Origin: an uncultured Methanomassiliicoccales archaeon
GTDB taxonomy: Archaea > Thermoplasmatota > Thermoplasmata > Methanomassiliicoccales > UBA472
NCBI GenBank assembly: GCA_963695345.1
Contig: OY968769.1
Span: 1,248,001-1,312,000, forward strand
Length of the DNA stretch: 64,000 bases
Reading direction: 5' to 3'
Numbering within the stretch: position 1 is the stretch's first letter; each line of letters begins with the position of its first letter. The notes beneath the pieces were generated by a model that ran no database searches, was not told the DNA's origin, and was given only the letters and a program-made list of their open reading frames with translations. A program made the position numbers and the translations under genes. Shown piece after piece: positions 10,912 through 20,887 of the stretch.

Positions 10912-11541
10912 TTAAGAATGTTGAGCAGAATTACCGGTCAGGAGCTTTTCGACGTTCCCCGCCCGTTCATACTCGATTACCGCCAGGACCGTGCGGTATT
11001 TTCCGGTCAGTCTGCCCAGCGCCTCGGCCATATGCTCCTCCCGTTTCTGGTTGAGCTTCTGGAATCCCCCGGGCTTGTTGATCTTCTTGTCCCAGTCGAG
11101 CGCGAACGCTCCCGCCGATGTGAAATCGAAACGCTTGCGGTGTGCCCGCTTGACGAACATGGACTCCCTGATCAGGTCCACCCCTCCTACCTCATGGCAA
11201 TAGGTCTCGGTGTAGGCTTCCTCGTTCATGTCGATCGGGACCAGGGTGATGCTCATTGCCGTCCCGATGTCCCTGGCCTTCACATAGCAGGGAGGTGGGA
11301 TCTGGATCTCACCGAATTTTTCGAGCAGCACCGAGTATATCTCCTCGAGGTCGCTCATTTCGTACTTGCCGTAGTCCTCTTTTGTCCCGAGCGCGGCAAG
11401 TTCCTCTTTGGATATCGATATGGCTATGGCGTCCGGATTCGCCTCTTTGATAGCCTTTTCCACCGTTTCGCCCTCTGAAACAAGACCTTTCACGACCGGC
11501 AGGATATGGATCGTGGAGCCATTGATCTCAACGTTTCTCAT
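10912..11541 (-). CDS. Hypothetical protein, TraB/GumN-like
   Basis: IHILPVVKG, PDAIAISIS, VPIDM and REEHMA..L...VLAVI resemble the TraB pattern; overlaps the upstream regulator gene. Confidence 0.55.
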   Translation of the reverse strand: MRNVEINGSTIHILPVVKGLVSEGETVEKAIKEANPDAIAISISKEELAALGTKEDYGKYEMSDLEEIYSVLLEKFGEIQIPPPCYVKARDIGTAMSITLVPIDMNEEAYTETYCHEVGGVDLIRESMFVKRAHRKRFDFTSAGAFALDWDKKINKPGGFQKLNQKREEHMAEALGRLTGKYRTVLAVIEYERAGNVEKLLTGNSAQHS

Positions 11542-12487
11542 CAGGTTCACTTCTCTTGCTGACCAGGGCCCGAAGCCTCTCCGACTCTTGAATCTTCTGC
11601 AGTTCGTCGCGTCCGATCAGCGCCGTGCCCTCTATGCTCTGGCGCGTCCGTACCTTCTCGATGAAAATGACCGACTCGCGGCCAGTGACCACGGAGATGT
11701 CCGCCACCACTCTCGCCTTCTCCCGGAGCTTGCTGTCATCCTTACCCAGGCCGGTCAAGATGAGCATGTCGCGGTCGACGGTCAAAGCCTCGAACGGACA
11801 TTTCTGGGTCGGGGTTATGGTGAGCCCCAGCCCGGTGAGGATGGAGAAGACCTCCTTGGTGAACTGGTCGTACTTCTCCAGGTTCACCTTCGGTTTCTCG
11901 GACGCCTCTGGCTTGTAGCTGAGGGGGTCCACCGGAAGCACGATCGGCTGGTCCAGGAACTCCTCCAGCCGGATGGCCACATCGATCATCGCACCCATCC
12001 CGGTCTCATACATCTGGATGGTCCTGCGGGACACGCCAGCGACCTCCGCCAGGTTCCCCAGAGAGATGTTCTTCTCCTCCCGCAGCTGTTTCAATAGCTC
12101 GCTGTCCAGCTTGACGTACAGGCCGCCAGGCGCGGCGAAGATGAATGGAGGGACCTCCTCCAGGAGGAGATCTTTCAGCGTGTTCAGGGAAACGATCGGG
12201 ACGTTGAATCGTGAGTAGACGATGCCCTGCTCGATCTCACCCGCTCCCGATCTCTCCCCGACCAGCAACGGTGAGCCGCCCAGTGCCTCCGCCAGGGTCT
12301 TCACCTCTTCGGAGTTGTCCTTGGAGAAAGCATCGACATTGGATAGGATCTTGATCAACAACAGCGTCTTATCCCGCCGGGCGACGATGTCAAAGCTTAT
12401 GCTGCGCATGTTCAACGGTTTGGAGACCGTGAACCCCACTTTCTCGAGCGTGCCTCGCACGCCATTGATGAGCTCATCGCGCTGCAC
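11528..12487 (-). CDS. Archaeal HTH (Cro/C1) transcriptional regulator with nuclease-like N-terminal domain
   Basis: SFDIVARR..LLLIKILSNVD, PFIFAAPGGLYV, HTH ISLGNLAEVAGVSRRTIQMYE, CPFEAL; widespread euryarchaeal family. Confidence 0.85.
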   Translation of the reverse strand: MQRDELINGVRGTLEKVGFTVSKPLNMRSISFDIVARRDKTLLLIKILSNVDAFSKDNSEEVKTLAEALGGSPLLVGERSGAGEIEQGIVYSRFNVPIVSLNTLKDLLLEEVPPFIFAAPGGLYVKLDSELLKQLREEKNISLGNLAEVAGVSRRTIQMYETGMGAMIDVAIRLEEFLDQPIVLPVDPLSYKPEASEKPKVNLEKYDQFTKEVFSILTGLGLTITPTQKCPFEALTVDRDMLILTGLGKDDSKLREKARVVADISVVTGRESVIFIEKVRTRQSIEGTALIGRDELQKIQESERLRALVSKRSEPDEKR

Positions 12488-12598
12488 TAGGAACTAGATT
12501 CATCTGTTCTTCTATATAACCATTGGGAAAAAAACGAGGCCGGGCCCTTGAGGAAATCAAAGCCTGGTAGAAAATAAAAGGGACGGGAGGGGGCCATC

Positions 12599-13126
12599 CT
12601 ATGGCACTATCGTCCTCTTCTTCCGTCTTTTGGGCGGTTCCCTGTCCATCGTTACCTCCAGCACACCGTTCTTGTAGCCAGCGGTCACCGAGCCCCGAAC
12701 GACCGGGCAGGGGAGCTCAATGCGCTTCGAGAACTTCCTGTCGTCGGTGTCCACCGAGATGTCTAGGCAACGGTCTTCCGCGATCGTGCTGACGTCTTCC
12801 ATCAGGACTCCTGGAAGTTCGATCAGGACGCGTACCCGGTCCTTCTCCTCGATCACGTCCACGAGGGGCTCCCTGGGCTCTATCTCGTTCCTTTTCGCAG
12901 GAGCGAGAGGCTTGACGTTCCCGAACTCCTGGATATGGGGCTGGCCGTCCGGGCCCACCCTCATCGATACACCGTACATCTTTGTTTCACCGTCGAGACC
13001 GAATTCACCGGTAAGCATCTGTTCCATGATCCTGTCCATGCGCGCTCTCATCTCCTCGAACTCCTCATCGAAATTGGAGAAGATGTCGTTGATATCGTCA
13101 TTCCTTTTCCTCTCCGTTCTTGCCAT
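12599..13126 (-). CDS. hsp20: Archaeal small heat shock protein Hsp20
   Basis: YGVSMRVGPDGQPHIQEFGNV, REPLVDVIE, ELPGV, YKNGVLEV. Confidence 0.95.
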   Translation of the reverse strand: MARTERKRNDDINDIFSNFDEEFEEMRARMDRIMEQMLTGEFGLDGETKMYGVSMRVGPDGQPHIQEFGNVKPLAPAKRNEIEPREPLVDVIEEKDRVRVLIELPGVLMEDVSTIAEDRCLDISVDTDDRKFSKRIELPCPVVRGSVTAGYKNGVLEVTMDREPPKRRKKRTIVP

Positions 13127-13132
13127 CTTGAA

Positions 13133-15316
13133 TCACCTGACATACTCGAAATCCTTGTAGGCCATTTCGAACTTGTTCATTTCCTTCTTTGACATGGGGC
13201 GGAACTTCTCTATCGCTTTCAGGAGGTGGGCCATGGTCACCTTCTTGATGTTGATCTTCTCTTCCGTGATGTCTCCGCCCTCGGCCACCAGTTCCCTGAT
13301 GGCCAGCATCGTGCCTTCATTGGCCACTGCGGCCAGGTCCGCCCCGGTGTAGCCATCGGTACGCTTGGCGATCTCGTTGATATCGACATCTGACGCCAGA
13401 GGCTTGGACTTTAGATGCACCTCCAGCACCGCCTTCCTGGTCTCCAGGTCGGGGGCCTTCACCTGCACCATCTTGTCGAACCTGCCTGGCCTCATCAAGG
13501 CCGGGTCGATGATGTCCGGCCGGTTGGTTGCCGCTATCACCACGACGTTGTGGAGCGACTCCAGCCCGTCCATCTCCGTAAGGAGCTGGCTGATGACCCG
13601 TTCGGTCACCTGCGAGTCCGAACCGGTCCCCCGGACCGGGGCGATCGAGTCGATCTCGTCCATGAATATGATGCATGGAGCGGCCTGACGAGCCTTGCGG
13701 AAGGTTTCCCTGACCGCCTTTTCCGATTCGCCTACCCACTTGTTCAGGAACTCCGGTCCCTTCACATTGATGAAGTTCGCCTCGCTCTCGGTGGCCACGG
13801 CCTTGGCCAGCATGGTCTTGCCGGTCCCGGGCGGGCCATACAGCAGGATCCCCTTCGGGGGTTTGGCGTCCATCTTTTCAAATAATGTCGCGTATTTCAG
13901 CGGCCATTCCACCGCCTCGATGAGCTCCTTCTTGGCGTCGTCCAGTCCGCCGATCTCGGACCAGTGCAGGTTGGGCGACTCGATCAGCACCTCGCGCAGG
14001 CTGGCCGGCTGCATCTCGCGCAGCGCCGCGAAGAAGTCCTCCTTCTTGACCACGATCTTGGCCAGGACCTCCGACGGTATGCTCTCCAGTTCCAGGTCCA
14101 GCTCCGGAAGGATCCGGCGCAGTGAGTGTATGGCCGCCTCCTTGGTCAATGCCTGCAGGTCCGCCCCAGCGTAGCCATGAGTGAGCCGGGCCAGTTTCTC
14201 CAGGTCCACATCCTTCTCCAGCGGCATTCCCCTCGTGTGTATGCCCAGGATGTCGAGCCTGCCTTCCTGGTTCGGGATGTTGATCTCGATCTCACGATCG
14301 AACCGGCCAGGACGCCGCAGGGCCGGGTCCAGCGCGTTCGGGCGGTTCGTGGCGCCGATGACCACGACCTTACCTCTCGATTCCAGGCCGTCCATCAATG
14401 CCAGCATCTGGGCCACCACCCGTCTCTCGGTCTCGCCGGTGACCTCGTCGCGCTTCGGCGCGATGGAATCGATCTCATCGATGAATATGATGGTTGGCGC
14501 GTTCGCCTCGGCCTGTTTGAATATCTCGCGCAGGCGTTCCTCTGACTCGCCGTAGAACTTGGACATGATCTCCGGTCCGCCGATGTAGACGAAATTGGCG
14601 TTGGTCTCGCCAGCCACGGCTTTGGCCAGAAGGGTCTTGCCGGTGCCTGGGGGGCCATGCAGCAGCACGCCCTTGGGAGCTTCCACCCCGAGACGCTCAA
14701 ACAGCTCCGGGTGCCGCAGCGGGAGCTCGATCATCTCCCGTACCTTCTTCACCTCGTCGCCCAGTCCGCCGATGTCCTCGTAGGTTACCTTGGGAATCTT
14801 GGACATTCCCTCCTTCGAAGGTTTCTCGGAGATCTTGACCTCGGTGTCACGCATGATCATGACCGCGTCAGTGGACGGGGAGTGGGTCATCACGACCAGG
14901 TCTATCCTTCGTCCCATCACGTTGATCTCGATAACGTCGCCGCGGGTAACCACCCGCCCCTCGAGGGCCTGGCCGAGGTATTCCTCTCCACCCATGATCT
15001 TCAGCTCTTCCATGGGCGCGAACGCTATCTTCTGGGCTGGCTTGACAGTGACCTTGCGCAATGCCACCTTATCGTCGATGCCCACACTGGCGTTGCGGCG
15101 GATCGTACCATCGATACGGATCAGGCCCCGGTTCGCGTCTTCGTTGTATCCAGGCCAAACGATCGCCACCGTTCTTTTCTTGCCTTCGATCTGTACCACA
15201 TCGCCGGCCGTGATATCGAGGACCTCCATGACCGCAGGGTCGACTCTGGCTATGCCACGTCCAGCATCCTTCGACTTAGCCTCGGCCACCTTCAACACTT
15301 TTTCGGAATCGCTCAT
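13133..15316 (-). CDS. cdc48: CDC48/VAT family AAA+ ATPase
   Basis: N-domain [10 protein letters not shown]; two AAA modules (GPPGTGKT twice, FIDEID/FMDEID, RPGRFD twice); C-terminal EYVR. Confidence 0.97.
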   Translation of the reverse strand: MSDSEKVLKVAEAKSKDAGRGIARVDPAVMEVLDITAGDVVQIEGKKRTVAIVWPGYNEDANRGLIRIDGTIRRNASVGIDDKVALRKVTVKPAQKIAFAPMEELKIMGGEEYLGQALEGRVVTRGDVIEINVMGRRIDLVVMTHSPSTDAVMIMRDTEVKISEKPSKEGMSKIPKVTYEDIGGLGDEVKKVREMIELPLRHPELFERLGVEAPKGVLLHGPPGTGKTLLAKAVAGETNANFVYIGGPEIMSKFYGESEERLREIFKQAEANAPTIIFIDEIDSIAPKRDEVTGETERRVVAQMLALMDGLESRGKVVVIGATNRPNALDPALRRPGRFDREIEINIPNQEGRLDILGIHTRGMPLEKDVDLEKLARLTHGYAGADLQALTKEAAIHSLRRILPELDLELESIPSEVLAKIVVKKEDFFAALREMQPASLREVLIESPNLHWSEIGGLDDAKKELIEAVEWPLKYATLFEKMDAKPPKGILLYGPPGTGKTMLAKAVATESEANFINVKGPEFLNKWVGESEKAVRETFRKARQAAPCIIFMDEIDSIAPVRGTGSDSQVTERVISQLLTEMDGLESLHNVVVIAATNRPDIIDPALMRPGRFDKMVQVKAPDLETRKAVLEVHLKSKPLASDVDINEIAKRTDGYTGADLAAVANEGTMLAIRELVAEGGDITEEKINIKKVTMAHLLKAIEKFRPMSKKEMNKFEMAYKDFEYVR

Positions 15317-15370
15317 CTTAAGTCCCTCTCAACGTGATTTTCGTTATCTTCCGACCCATTCTTATAGATA

Positions 15371-15385
15371 TCAACTTTAAGTTGA
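15371..15385. promoter_or_regulatory. Putative HSR1/Phr operator upstream of cdc48-hsp20
   Basis: Inverted repeat TCAAC-TTTAA-GTTGA next to a minus-strand TATA-like element (~15361-15368); resembles the Archaeoglobus HSR1 site CTAAC-N5-GTTAG. Confidence 0.65.
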
Positions 15386-15424
15386 CAACTCATGACGATT
15401 TAGTACATTATTTGTTCTTCTATA

Positions 15425-15751
15425 TTAAGGCTGCTTAAATGTCCTTCTAATTTCCTTTTCAATGTCCTCTCCGAACTTTACCAACCGGCCCTCCAAATGC
15501 CAGAAGTTCTTCTGGAGCTCATCCCGATCCTTCATCAGGCCCTCTTTCATCTTCGCCTGCATCTTGTCCAGGTCAATACCGTTCTCCTTGAGGTTGACCC
15601 TCATGTCCTCGTACACGTCGTTGCCTATCTGATCAAGCTCTGACATGCTTTTATCAAAAGCTTTCTTGGCCTCATCCTTGGCGGCCTTGATGCGTGCGAT
15701 GTATCTCTCAGCGGTTTCCTGTGCCCTGCTCTTTTCAGTCATCTTGATCAT
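15425..15751 (-). CDS. Hypothetical charged all-helical protein
   Basis: 108-aa K/E/D-rich amphipathic sequence; start overlaps the end of the upstream regulator. Confidence 0.7.
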   Translation of the reverse strand: MIKMTEKSRAQETAERYIARIKAAKDEAKKAFDKSMSELDQIGNDVYEDMRVNLKENGIDLDKMQAKMKEGLMKDRDELQKNFWHLEGRLVKFGEDIEKEIRRTFKQP

Positions 15752-16394
15752 CCCTTCTTTGGTATGGTCTGAGGATTTCCTTCACCAGGTCGTCCCTCAG
15801 GCCCAGATAGTCGGCTAGCTGCCCTGGATCGATGTCCGGATGCTGGATATATTCGAACACCACGTGTCTTTGGCCATAGTCCAAGGGGGCGGACTCGACC
15901 AAATGTACGGCTTCGTCCAGCAGCCTTTGTTTCTTGTCTATGAGCTCCTCACGTTCCTTTCGGAGCCCGTCCATCTGAACATCCAAAACACTTAACTCAT
16001 GTCGGAGCGCCATAACCCTTTCGGTGAGGCCATCGTCCCGTTCATCCCTTGTTGATATCTCGCGGTGATGGTCTGGCTCCTCTTCCATATCCCGGCGTGA
16101 CGATTCCACACTGAACATTCCAGAGCCCATGTCAACGATTATGGTGAAACCGCTGATCGGCACGTATCTCTTCCTCATCGGTCCGCCCTGGTCGCTCTCC
16201 TCTGGATATGAACGAACCATTCGGCAGTCCTCCAACACCTTCAGATGTTTCATGATGATCTGCTGGCTCATTCCAAGCTCGCGCGAGAGCTGTAGCGGAT
16301 AGTGTGGTTCCCTGACCAAAGCCTCCAGGATACGCCTGCGAGTGGGATTCTCGATAACGGAGAGCAGAACATCCAATTCATCCATTATTTTCAC
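15735..16394 (-). CDS. ArsR-like wHTH heat-shock regulator (HSR1/Phr family)
   Basis: IENPTRRRILEAL..EPHYPLQLSRELGMSQQIIMKHLKVLE, then GPMRKRY and a coiled coil; lies upstream of cdc48-hsp20. Confidence 0.82.
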   Translation of the reverse strand: MKIMDELDVLLSVIENPTRRRILEALVREPHYPLQLSRELGMSQQIIMKHLKVLEDCRMVRSYPEESDQGGPMRKRYVPISGFTIIVDMGSGMFSVESSRRDMEEEPDHHREISTRDERDDGLTERVMALRHELSVLDVQMDGLRKEREELIDKKQRLLDEAVHLVESAPLDYGQRHVVFEYIQHPDIDPGQLADYLGLRDDLVKEILRPYQRRDDQDD

Positions 16395-16401
16395 TTCCTA
16401 G

Positions 16402-16425
16402 ATGTTAACTAATCGTTGTTAACAT
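16402..16425. promoter_or_regulatory. Putative autoregulatory operator of the HSR1-like gene
   Basis: ATGTTAAC-N8-GTTAACAT perfect inverted repeat that also contains AAC-TAATC-GTT; lies between TTATAA (16425-16430) and the start codon. Confidence 0.65.
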
Positions 16426-16533
16426 TATAATGAAGCATTGACTGAGGATAAATACCTTCTTAGAACCTACGCAATCCACTCGTTACATTCGCCGGGGTCA
16501 AACTTTAACTACGCCCTCGGTCTTCAAGATGCA

Positions 16534-17589
16534 ATGCCTGGCAAACTGGTCGGAGACACCGTTGTGTTTGAGGAAGAAAGGGAGGCCAGTCAGATATACA
16601 GCAAAGGGTTCTTCGGCTATCCACAATCGGGTGGGTCATTGCATCTGGACCTGCTTGAGGCGCTACACCTGTTGGAGGGGGATCGCATTGAGGTATTGGC
16701 AGACGACCAGAAGATCGGTTTTGCCGAACTGATGGCCCGCGCCGCTGTTATGCATAACGATCTGGAGACCCGTTTCATCGTGTACCGGGACCTCAGACAG
16801 CGAGGCTATATCGTAAAGACGGATTCAGGCGATTTCAATTTCAGACTGTACCCGCGCGGCGGCACTCCGAGCACCACTCAGACCAACCTTTGGGTGCTGG
16901 CCGTTTCAGAGCGATACATCTTCAACATCGTTGAGCTCATGCGCCAGGCGGAGATGTCGCAGCGGACCAGGAAGGACCTTCTGCTGGCGGTGGTGGATGA
17001 GGAAGGGGACATCACCTACTACACCGCCGAGAACGCCGATCCCAAGGGGGAGCTGAACGACAAGGCCATGAAAGAAGTTCCAGAGGGACTGCTCATGGAA
17101 GGCAGCATACTGGTGCTGGACGAATCACACGGCACCAAGCTATACCAGTACGGGTTCTATGGGAAGAAGATAGGCAAGATGCTTCAACTCTCGTTCATCG
17201 AGACCGCTTACCTCCTCGAACATGGCCGTCTGACGCTCAGGGCTGTCGGCACGGGAAGGAAGATGGCGGAACGAACGTTCCTCAAACGCGCGAAGGAGAT
17301 ACAGCCGGACTTTGACATGCGGTTGCTGGCCTACTCTGACCTGAGGGGCAGGAAGCTCGTAGTGAAGACCGGATTCAAATACGGCACTCATTTCCGGGTC
17401 TACAAAGGAGATCCATCCAGCCACCACTCCGAATACCTGGTGCATGCCGTGCCCGATGATTATTCCACGGTGTGGGCGGAGATATCGCGTGCCATCCGGC
17501 TTGCGCACGGAGTCAAAAAGGACATTCTGTTCGCCCGGGTATCCAAGGACACCATCGGCTACATGAAACTGAAGCGTGTCAAACCGTAG
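16534..17589 (+). CDS. endA: tRNA-intron endonuclease, two-unit (homodimeric alpha2) type
   Basis: Two repeats (VYRDLRQRGYIVK; YSDLRGRKLVVKTGFKYGTHFRVY), catalytic HSEYLV and RLAHGVKK. Confidence 0.95.
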   Translation: MPGKLVGDTVVFEEEREASQIYSKGFFGYPQSGGSLHLDLLEALHLLEGDRIEVLADDQKIGFAELMARAAVMHNDLETRFIVYRDLRQRGYIVKTDSGDFNFRLYPRGGTPSTTQTNLWVLAVSERYIFNIVELMRQAEMSQRTRKDLLLAVVDEEGDITYYTAENADPKGELNDKAMKEVPEGLLMEGSILVLDESHGTKLYQYGFYGKKIGKMLQLSFIETAYLLEHGRLTLRAVGTGRKMAERTFLKRAKEIQPDFDMRLLAYSDLRGRKLVVKTGFKYGTHFRVYKGDPSSHHSEYLVHAVPDDYSTVWAEISRAIRLAHGVKKDILFARVSKDTIGYMKLKRVKP

Positions 17590-17595
17590 TGCGAT

Positions 17596-18609
17596 CTAAC
17601 TCATGCAGGCATCGTTTTTTGGCCTGGCCTCGTCGGCCTCGATCCCGCTGATGATCTTTCCCGCTCCGGCCCAGTCCTCAGGTTCCAGTTCCAGGGAGGA
17701 CTTGAGCAACTTCATCGCCTCTTCCTTTTTGCCGGAATTATAGAGGATGGTCGCCATTTTTACCATGAAATTGGTGCGTTTCCGATCGAACTCGGTATTC
17801 TGGATAGCTTTCTTATAGGATTCCACCGCCCCATCCACATCGCCGCTCTTCAGCTGCGCCTCGGCCAGCCTGGCGTATCTGGCGGAACGGGTCTCCTGCA
17901 TTGCGGGGGACTCTGCGCTGGCCTTGAGGGTCTGGACCATGGCCCTGAGGGACTCTGGGGCCTCGACCCTCGCCCCGCACTTGGGGCAGGTCTCCTGGAC
18001 CGACTTAAGCTCGTCGCCACAATTGGCGCAGTATTTCGGCAGGGTATAGCCGCAATTGGGGCAAAGGCTCCAGTCCAGTTCGACCAGTTCCTTGCACTTG
18101 GGACACTCGGATACGGACTTCACCGCCGCGCCCCCAACCTTGCGCAAAGCGTTCTCAAGCTCCTCCTTGGAGGGTTGAAAGTATTCTTTCCTTGCCAGAA
18201 CGATTGAGAGGACCGATATCTCCACCACGGCGGAGACGATCGACAGCAATACGAACACGATGCCCAATTGTTGCACCAAGCCAAGGCCATCGAAATTGGA
18301 GATCTGGCCGAAAGCCTTTGTATCCAGGATCAGGAATATCAGCAGGACCCGGGCGAGAAAAGACGCGGTCATGGCGCGGATGATGTTCTCCCGCTCCCCG
18401 ACCTGGGTCTCCCACACAGAACGGACCACGGTCATCTCCCAAGCCGCCACGATGAAAAGCACTAGCATCAGCACAATGCCCACGATGACGCCGATCGTGT
18501 GTACGATGAATATGGCATAGAATATCGTGACAATGGTAAGTATTCCTGCGACAAAAAGCCAGGCGGCCATCGGCTTCAGGAGCAAGTTCTTGTGTTGCAT
18601 TTCGGTCAC
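17596..18609 (-). CDS. Membrane protein with double zinc ribbon and C-terminal TPR
   Basis: 4 TM segments; CPKC/CPNC/CANC/CPKC; TPR-like LAEAQLKSGDVDGAVESYKKAI and MATILYNSGKKEEAMKLLKSSLELEP. Confidence 0.8.
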   Translation of the reverse strand: MTEMQHKNLLLKPMAAWLFVAGILTIVTIFYAIFIVHTIGVIVGIVLMLVLFIVAAWEMTVVRSVWETQVGERENIIRAMTASFLARVLLIFLILDTKAFGQISNFDGLGLVQQLGIVFVLLSIVSAVVEISVLSIVLARKEYFQPSKEELENALRKVGGAAVKSVSECPKCKELVELDWSLCPNCGYTLPKYCANCGDELKSVQETCPKCGARVEAPESLRAMVQTLKASAESPAMQETRSARYARLAEAQLKSGDVDGAVESYKKAIQNTEFDRKRTNFMVKMATILYNSGKKEEAMKLLKSSLELEPEDWAGAGKIISGIEADEARPKNDACMS

Positions 18610-18700
18610 ACTGCCGGAATATAATGCGATTACACCCTAGCGTTAAATATCTAGCGATTTTTAATAATGGGCCCTAGAAAAGGACGGGCCCGGTGGGATT

Positions 18701-19633
18701 TCAGAGCTGTATCTCGATTCCGAGCTTGTCCGTGAGCTCCTTGTACCGGTTACGGATGGTGACCTCAGTGACACCCGCGATGTCCGCCACCTCGCGCTGG
18801 GTCCTGCGCTCGTTGCACAGGATCGATGCGATGTAGATGGCGGCCGCGGCCACACCGGTCGGTCCGCGACCAGAGGTGAGTTCCTTCTTGGCGGCGTCCT
18901 TCAGTATGTCCGCCGCTTTGGACTGCACCTCGCCGGAGAGCTTTAGTTCGGAACAGAACCGTTGCACATAGTCCTGTGGGCGCGTCGGCATAAGCTTCAG
19001 CTTCAGCTCCCGGGTCATGAACCGGTAGGTACGGCCTATCTCCTTGCGTCCTACACGCGACGAGTTCGCGACCTCGTCCAAGGTACGGGGCACATTGCAC
19101 TGTCTGCACGCCGCATACAAAGAAGCCGCGACGACGCCTTCTATGCTCCTTCCGCGGATGAGGTTCTTGTTGACCGCTTTCCTGTAGACCATGGCCGCGG
19201 TCTCACGGACATTCCTTGGCAATCCCATTGCGGATGCCATCCGGTCCAACTCGCTCAAGGCGAAGGCTAAGTTCCTCTCGGTTGCGTTAGAGACACGGAT
19301 CCTCCTCTGCCATTTCCTGAGACGATACAGCTGGGCCCGGTTCCTGGTCGGGATGCTCTTACCGTAGCTGTCCTTGTTCTTCCAGGAAATTTCGGTGGAA
19401 AGACCCTTGTCATGGATTGTATAGGTCATTGGCGCGCCGGTCCTGGCTCGTTTTTCGCCTTGCTCTACGTCAAAGGCCCGCCATTCCGGTCCGAGGTCAA
19501 TGAACTGGTCATCGATGACGAGGCCGCACTCCTCGCAGATGAGTTCACCCCTCTCATAGTCCCTGACTAGATGCCCGCTGTTGCACTCAGGGCATCTTTC
19601 AACTTCTTCGGTCCCTTCCTTTGGTTTTGCCAT
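18701..19633 (-). CDS. tfb: Transcription initiation factor IIB
   Basis: CPEC..CEECG zinc ribbon, DLGPEWRAF, cyclin repeats, [14 protein letters not shown]. Confidence 0.98.
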   Translation of the reverse strand: MAKPKEGTEEVERCPECNSGHLVRDYERGELICEECGLVIDDQFIDLGPEWRAFDVEQGEKRARTGAPMTYTIHDKGLSTEISWKNKDSYGKSIPTRNRAQLYRLRKWQRRIRVSNATERNLAFALSELDRMASAMGLPRNVRETAAMVYRKAVNKNLIRGRSIEGVVAASLYAACRQCNVPRTLDEVANSSRVGRKEIGRTYRFMTRELKLKLMPTRPQDYVQRFCSELKLSGEVQSKAADILKDAAKKELTSGRGPTGVAAAAIYIASILCNERRTQREVADIAGVTEVTIRNRYKELTDKLGIEIQL

Positions 19634-19868
19634 GTTCCTCGACCCCTTCCACGTACACCTGCTTACCTATGGCAGAGAGCAGGCTAAAATCACCGGTGGG
19701 TTCTATCGTGACATAGGGTGAATCCACTGGACCAAAGATACGCAGGACCTTCCCCACAATTTTGTTGCGGTTGTCGACTACTCTGGACCTGATCTGCGGC
19801 GCAAAGGAGCCTTTGACAATTATCCTGCCGTCAAAAGTCACTTCTTGGACCTTTCCAAGAAACTGCAT
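19599..19868 (-). CDS. gar1: H/ACA RNP component Gar1/Naf1
   Basis: [16 protein letters not shown]; conserved position upstream of tfb. Confidence 0.88.
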   Translation of the reverse strand: MQFLGKVQEVTFDGRIIVKGSFAPQIRSRVVDNRNKIVGKVLRIFGPVDSPYVTIEPTGDFSLLSAIGKQVYVEGVEEHGKTKGRDRRS

Positions 19869-20097
19869 GGTTCACCAATTCACACCCGATTCTTTTCCGG
19901 TGTTAATACTAGAAGTAAACATTTACTATAAAAGCATTGTGCAAACCTTTATTATGTTTTCGTTATGCCCTTTTAGTCTTTTTGCACCGTTCGAGTTTTT
20001 CGATAACGAGAGCCATCAACGAAATGACGGCGATGACAAACGCTAGTCGTCAAAACCCCAGGAAGGATTTAAACCCTGTGATTCTCCTCATGTCAAT

Positions 20098-20854
20098 GTG
20101 GAAATCTCAAGGGATCACCCCCGCTACAAATCATTGGTCGCAAGGGAGACGATGTCGGAGATGATGCGGAAGGGCATCGTCGCGCCGACCGGGCTGATCG
20201 CCCATGGTCGGGGCGAGGCGTTCGACTACCTTTTGGGGGAGGTCACCCTCCCGCCGGCGGAGTTGGCCGAGCGAGTTGCTGCAGCGATGCTGATGGAGGC
20301 CAAGTAGCCCGTCATCACCGTCAACGGCAATGCCGCCGCACTGGCCGCGAAGGAGCTGATCGAGCTTTCGAAGGCGGTCAACGCCCGGCTCGAGGTCAAT
20401 CTGTTCCATCGATCGGTGGAAAGGATCGAGCTTGTCTGCGGATACCTGGAATCGCTCGGGGCCAAAGGATGTCCTCGGCCGGTCCAGGACTTTACCCTAC
20501 CAGGGCATCGCATCGGACCGGGCGCTCTGCACCAAGGAAGGCATCGGGATGGCCGATGTCGTTCTCATCCCCCTCGAGGACGGAGACCGGGCAGAGGCGC
20601 TGGTCAAGGCGGGAAAGAAGGTGATCGCGATCGACCTGAACCCCGTGTCCAGAACATCGATGGCGGCCGACGTCAGCATCACTGACGAGCTGACCAGGGC
20701 GGTGCCGAACCTCATCGCCCACGTGGATGAGCTGGCCGATGACGGTGGAAGAAGATGCGATCTGATATCCGGTTTCAACAACCGTCGCAACCTGGGTCAC
20801 ATATTGAAGGACATATCCGACCATCTGAAGTTCGAGCTGTCATCGAAAGCATAA
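20098..20854 (+). CDS. 4-phosphopantoate--beta-alanine ligase (phosphopantothenate synthetase), with in-frame TAG at 20305 and indels at ~20465-20505
   Basis: HPRYKSL, GLIAHGRGEAFDYLLGE, AK*PVITVNGN, EVNLFHRS, ADVVLIPLEDGDR, IDLNPVSRT. Confidence 0.9.
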
Positions 20855-20887
20855 TTTTCCTTCGGGACATGTAGGCCTTGCGAGGTT

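Noticed and set aside
12599-12601. Amber read-through extending Hsp20 or other TAG-ending genes
   Set aside because: The proteins appear complete at the TAG, and the sequence downstream is terminator-like or belongs to a convergent gene.
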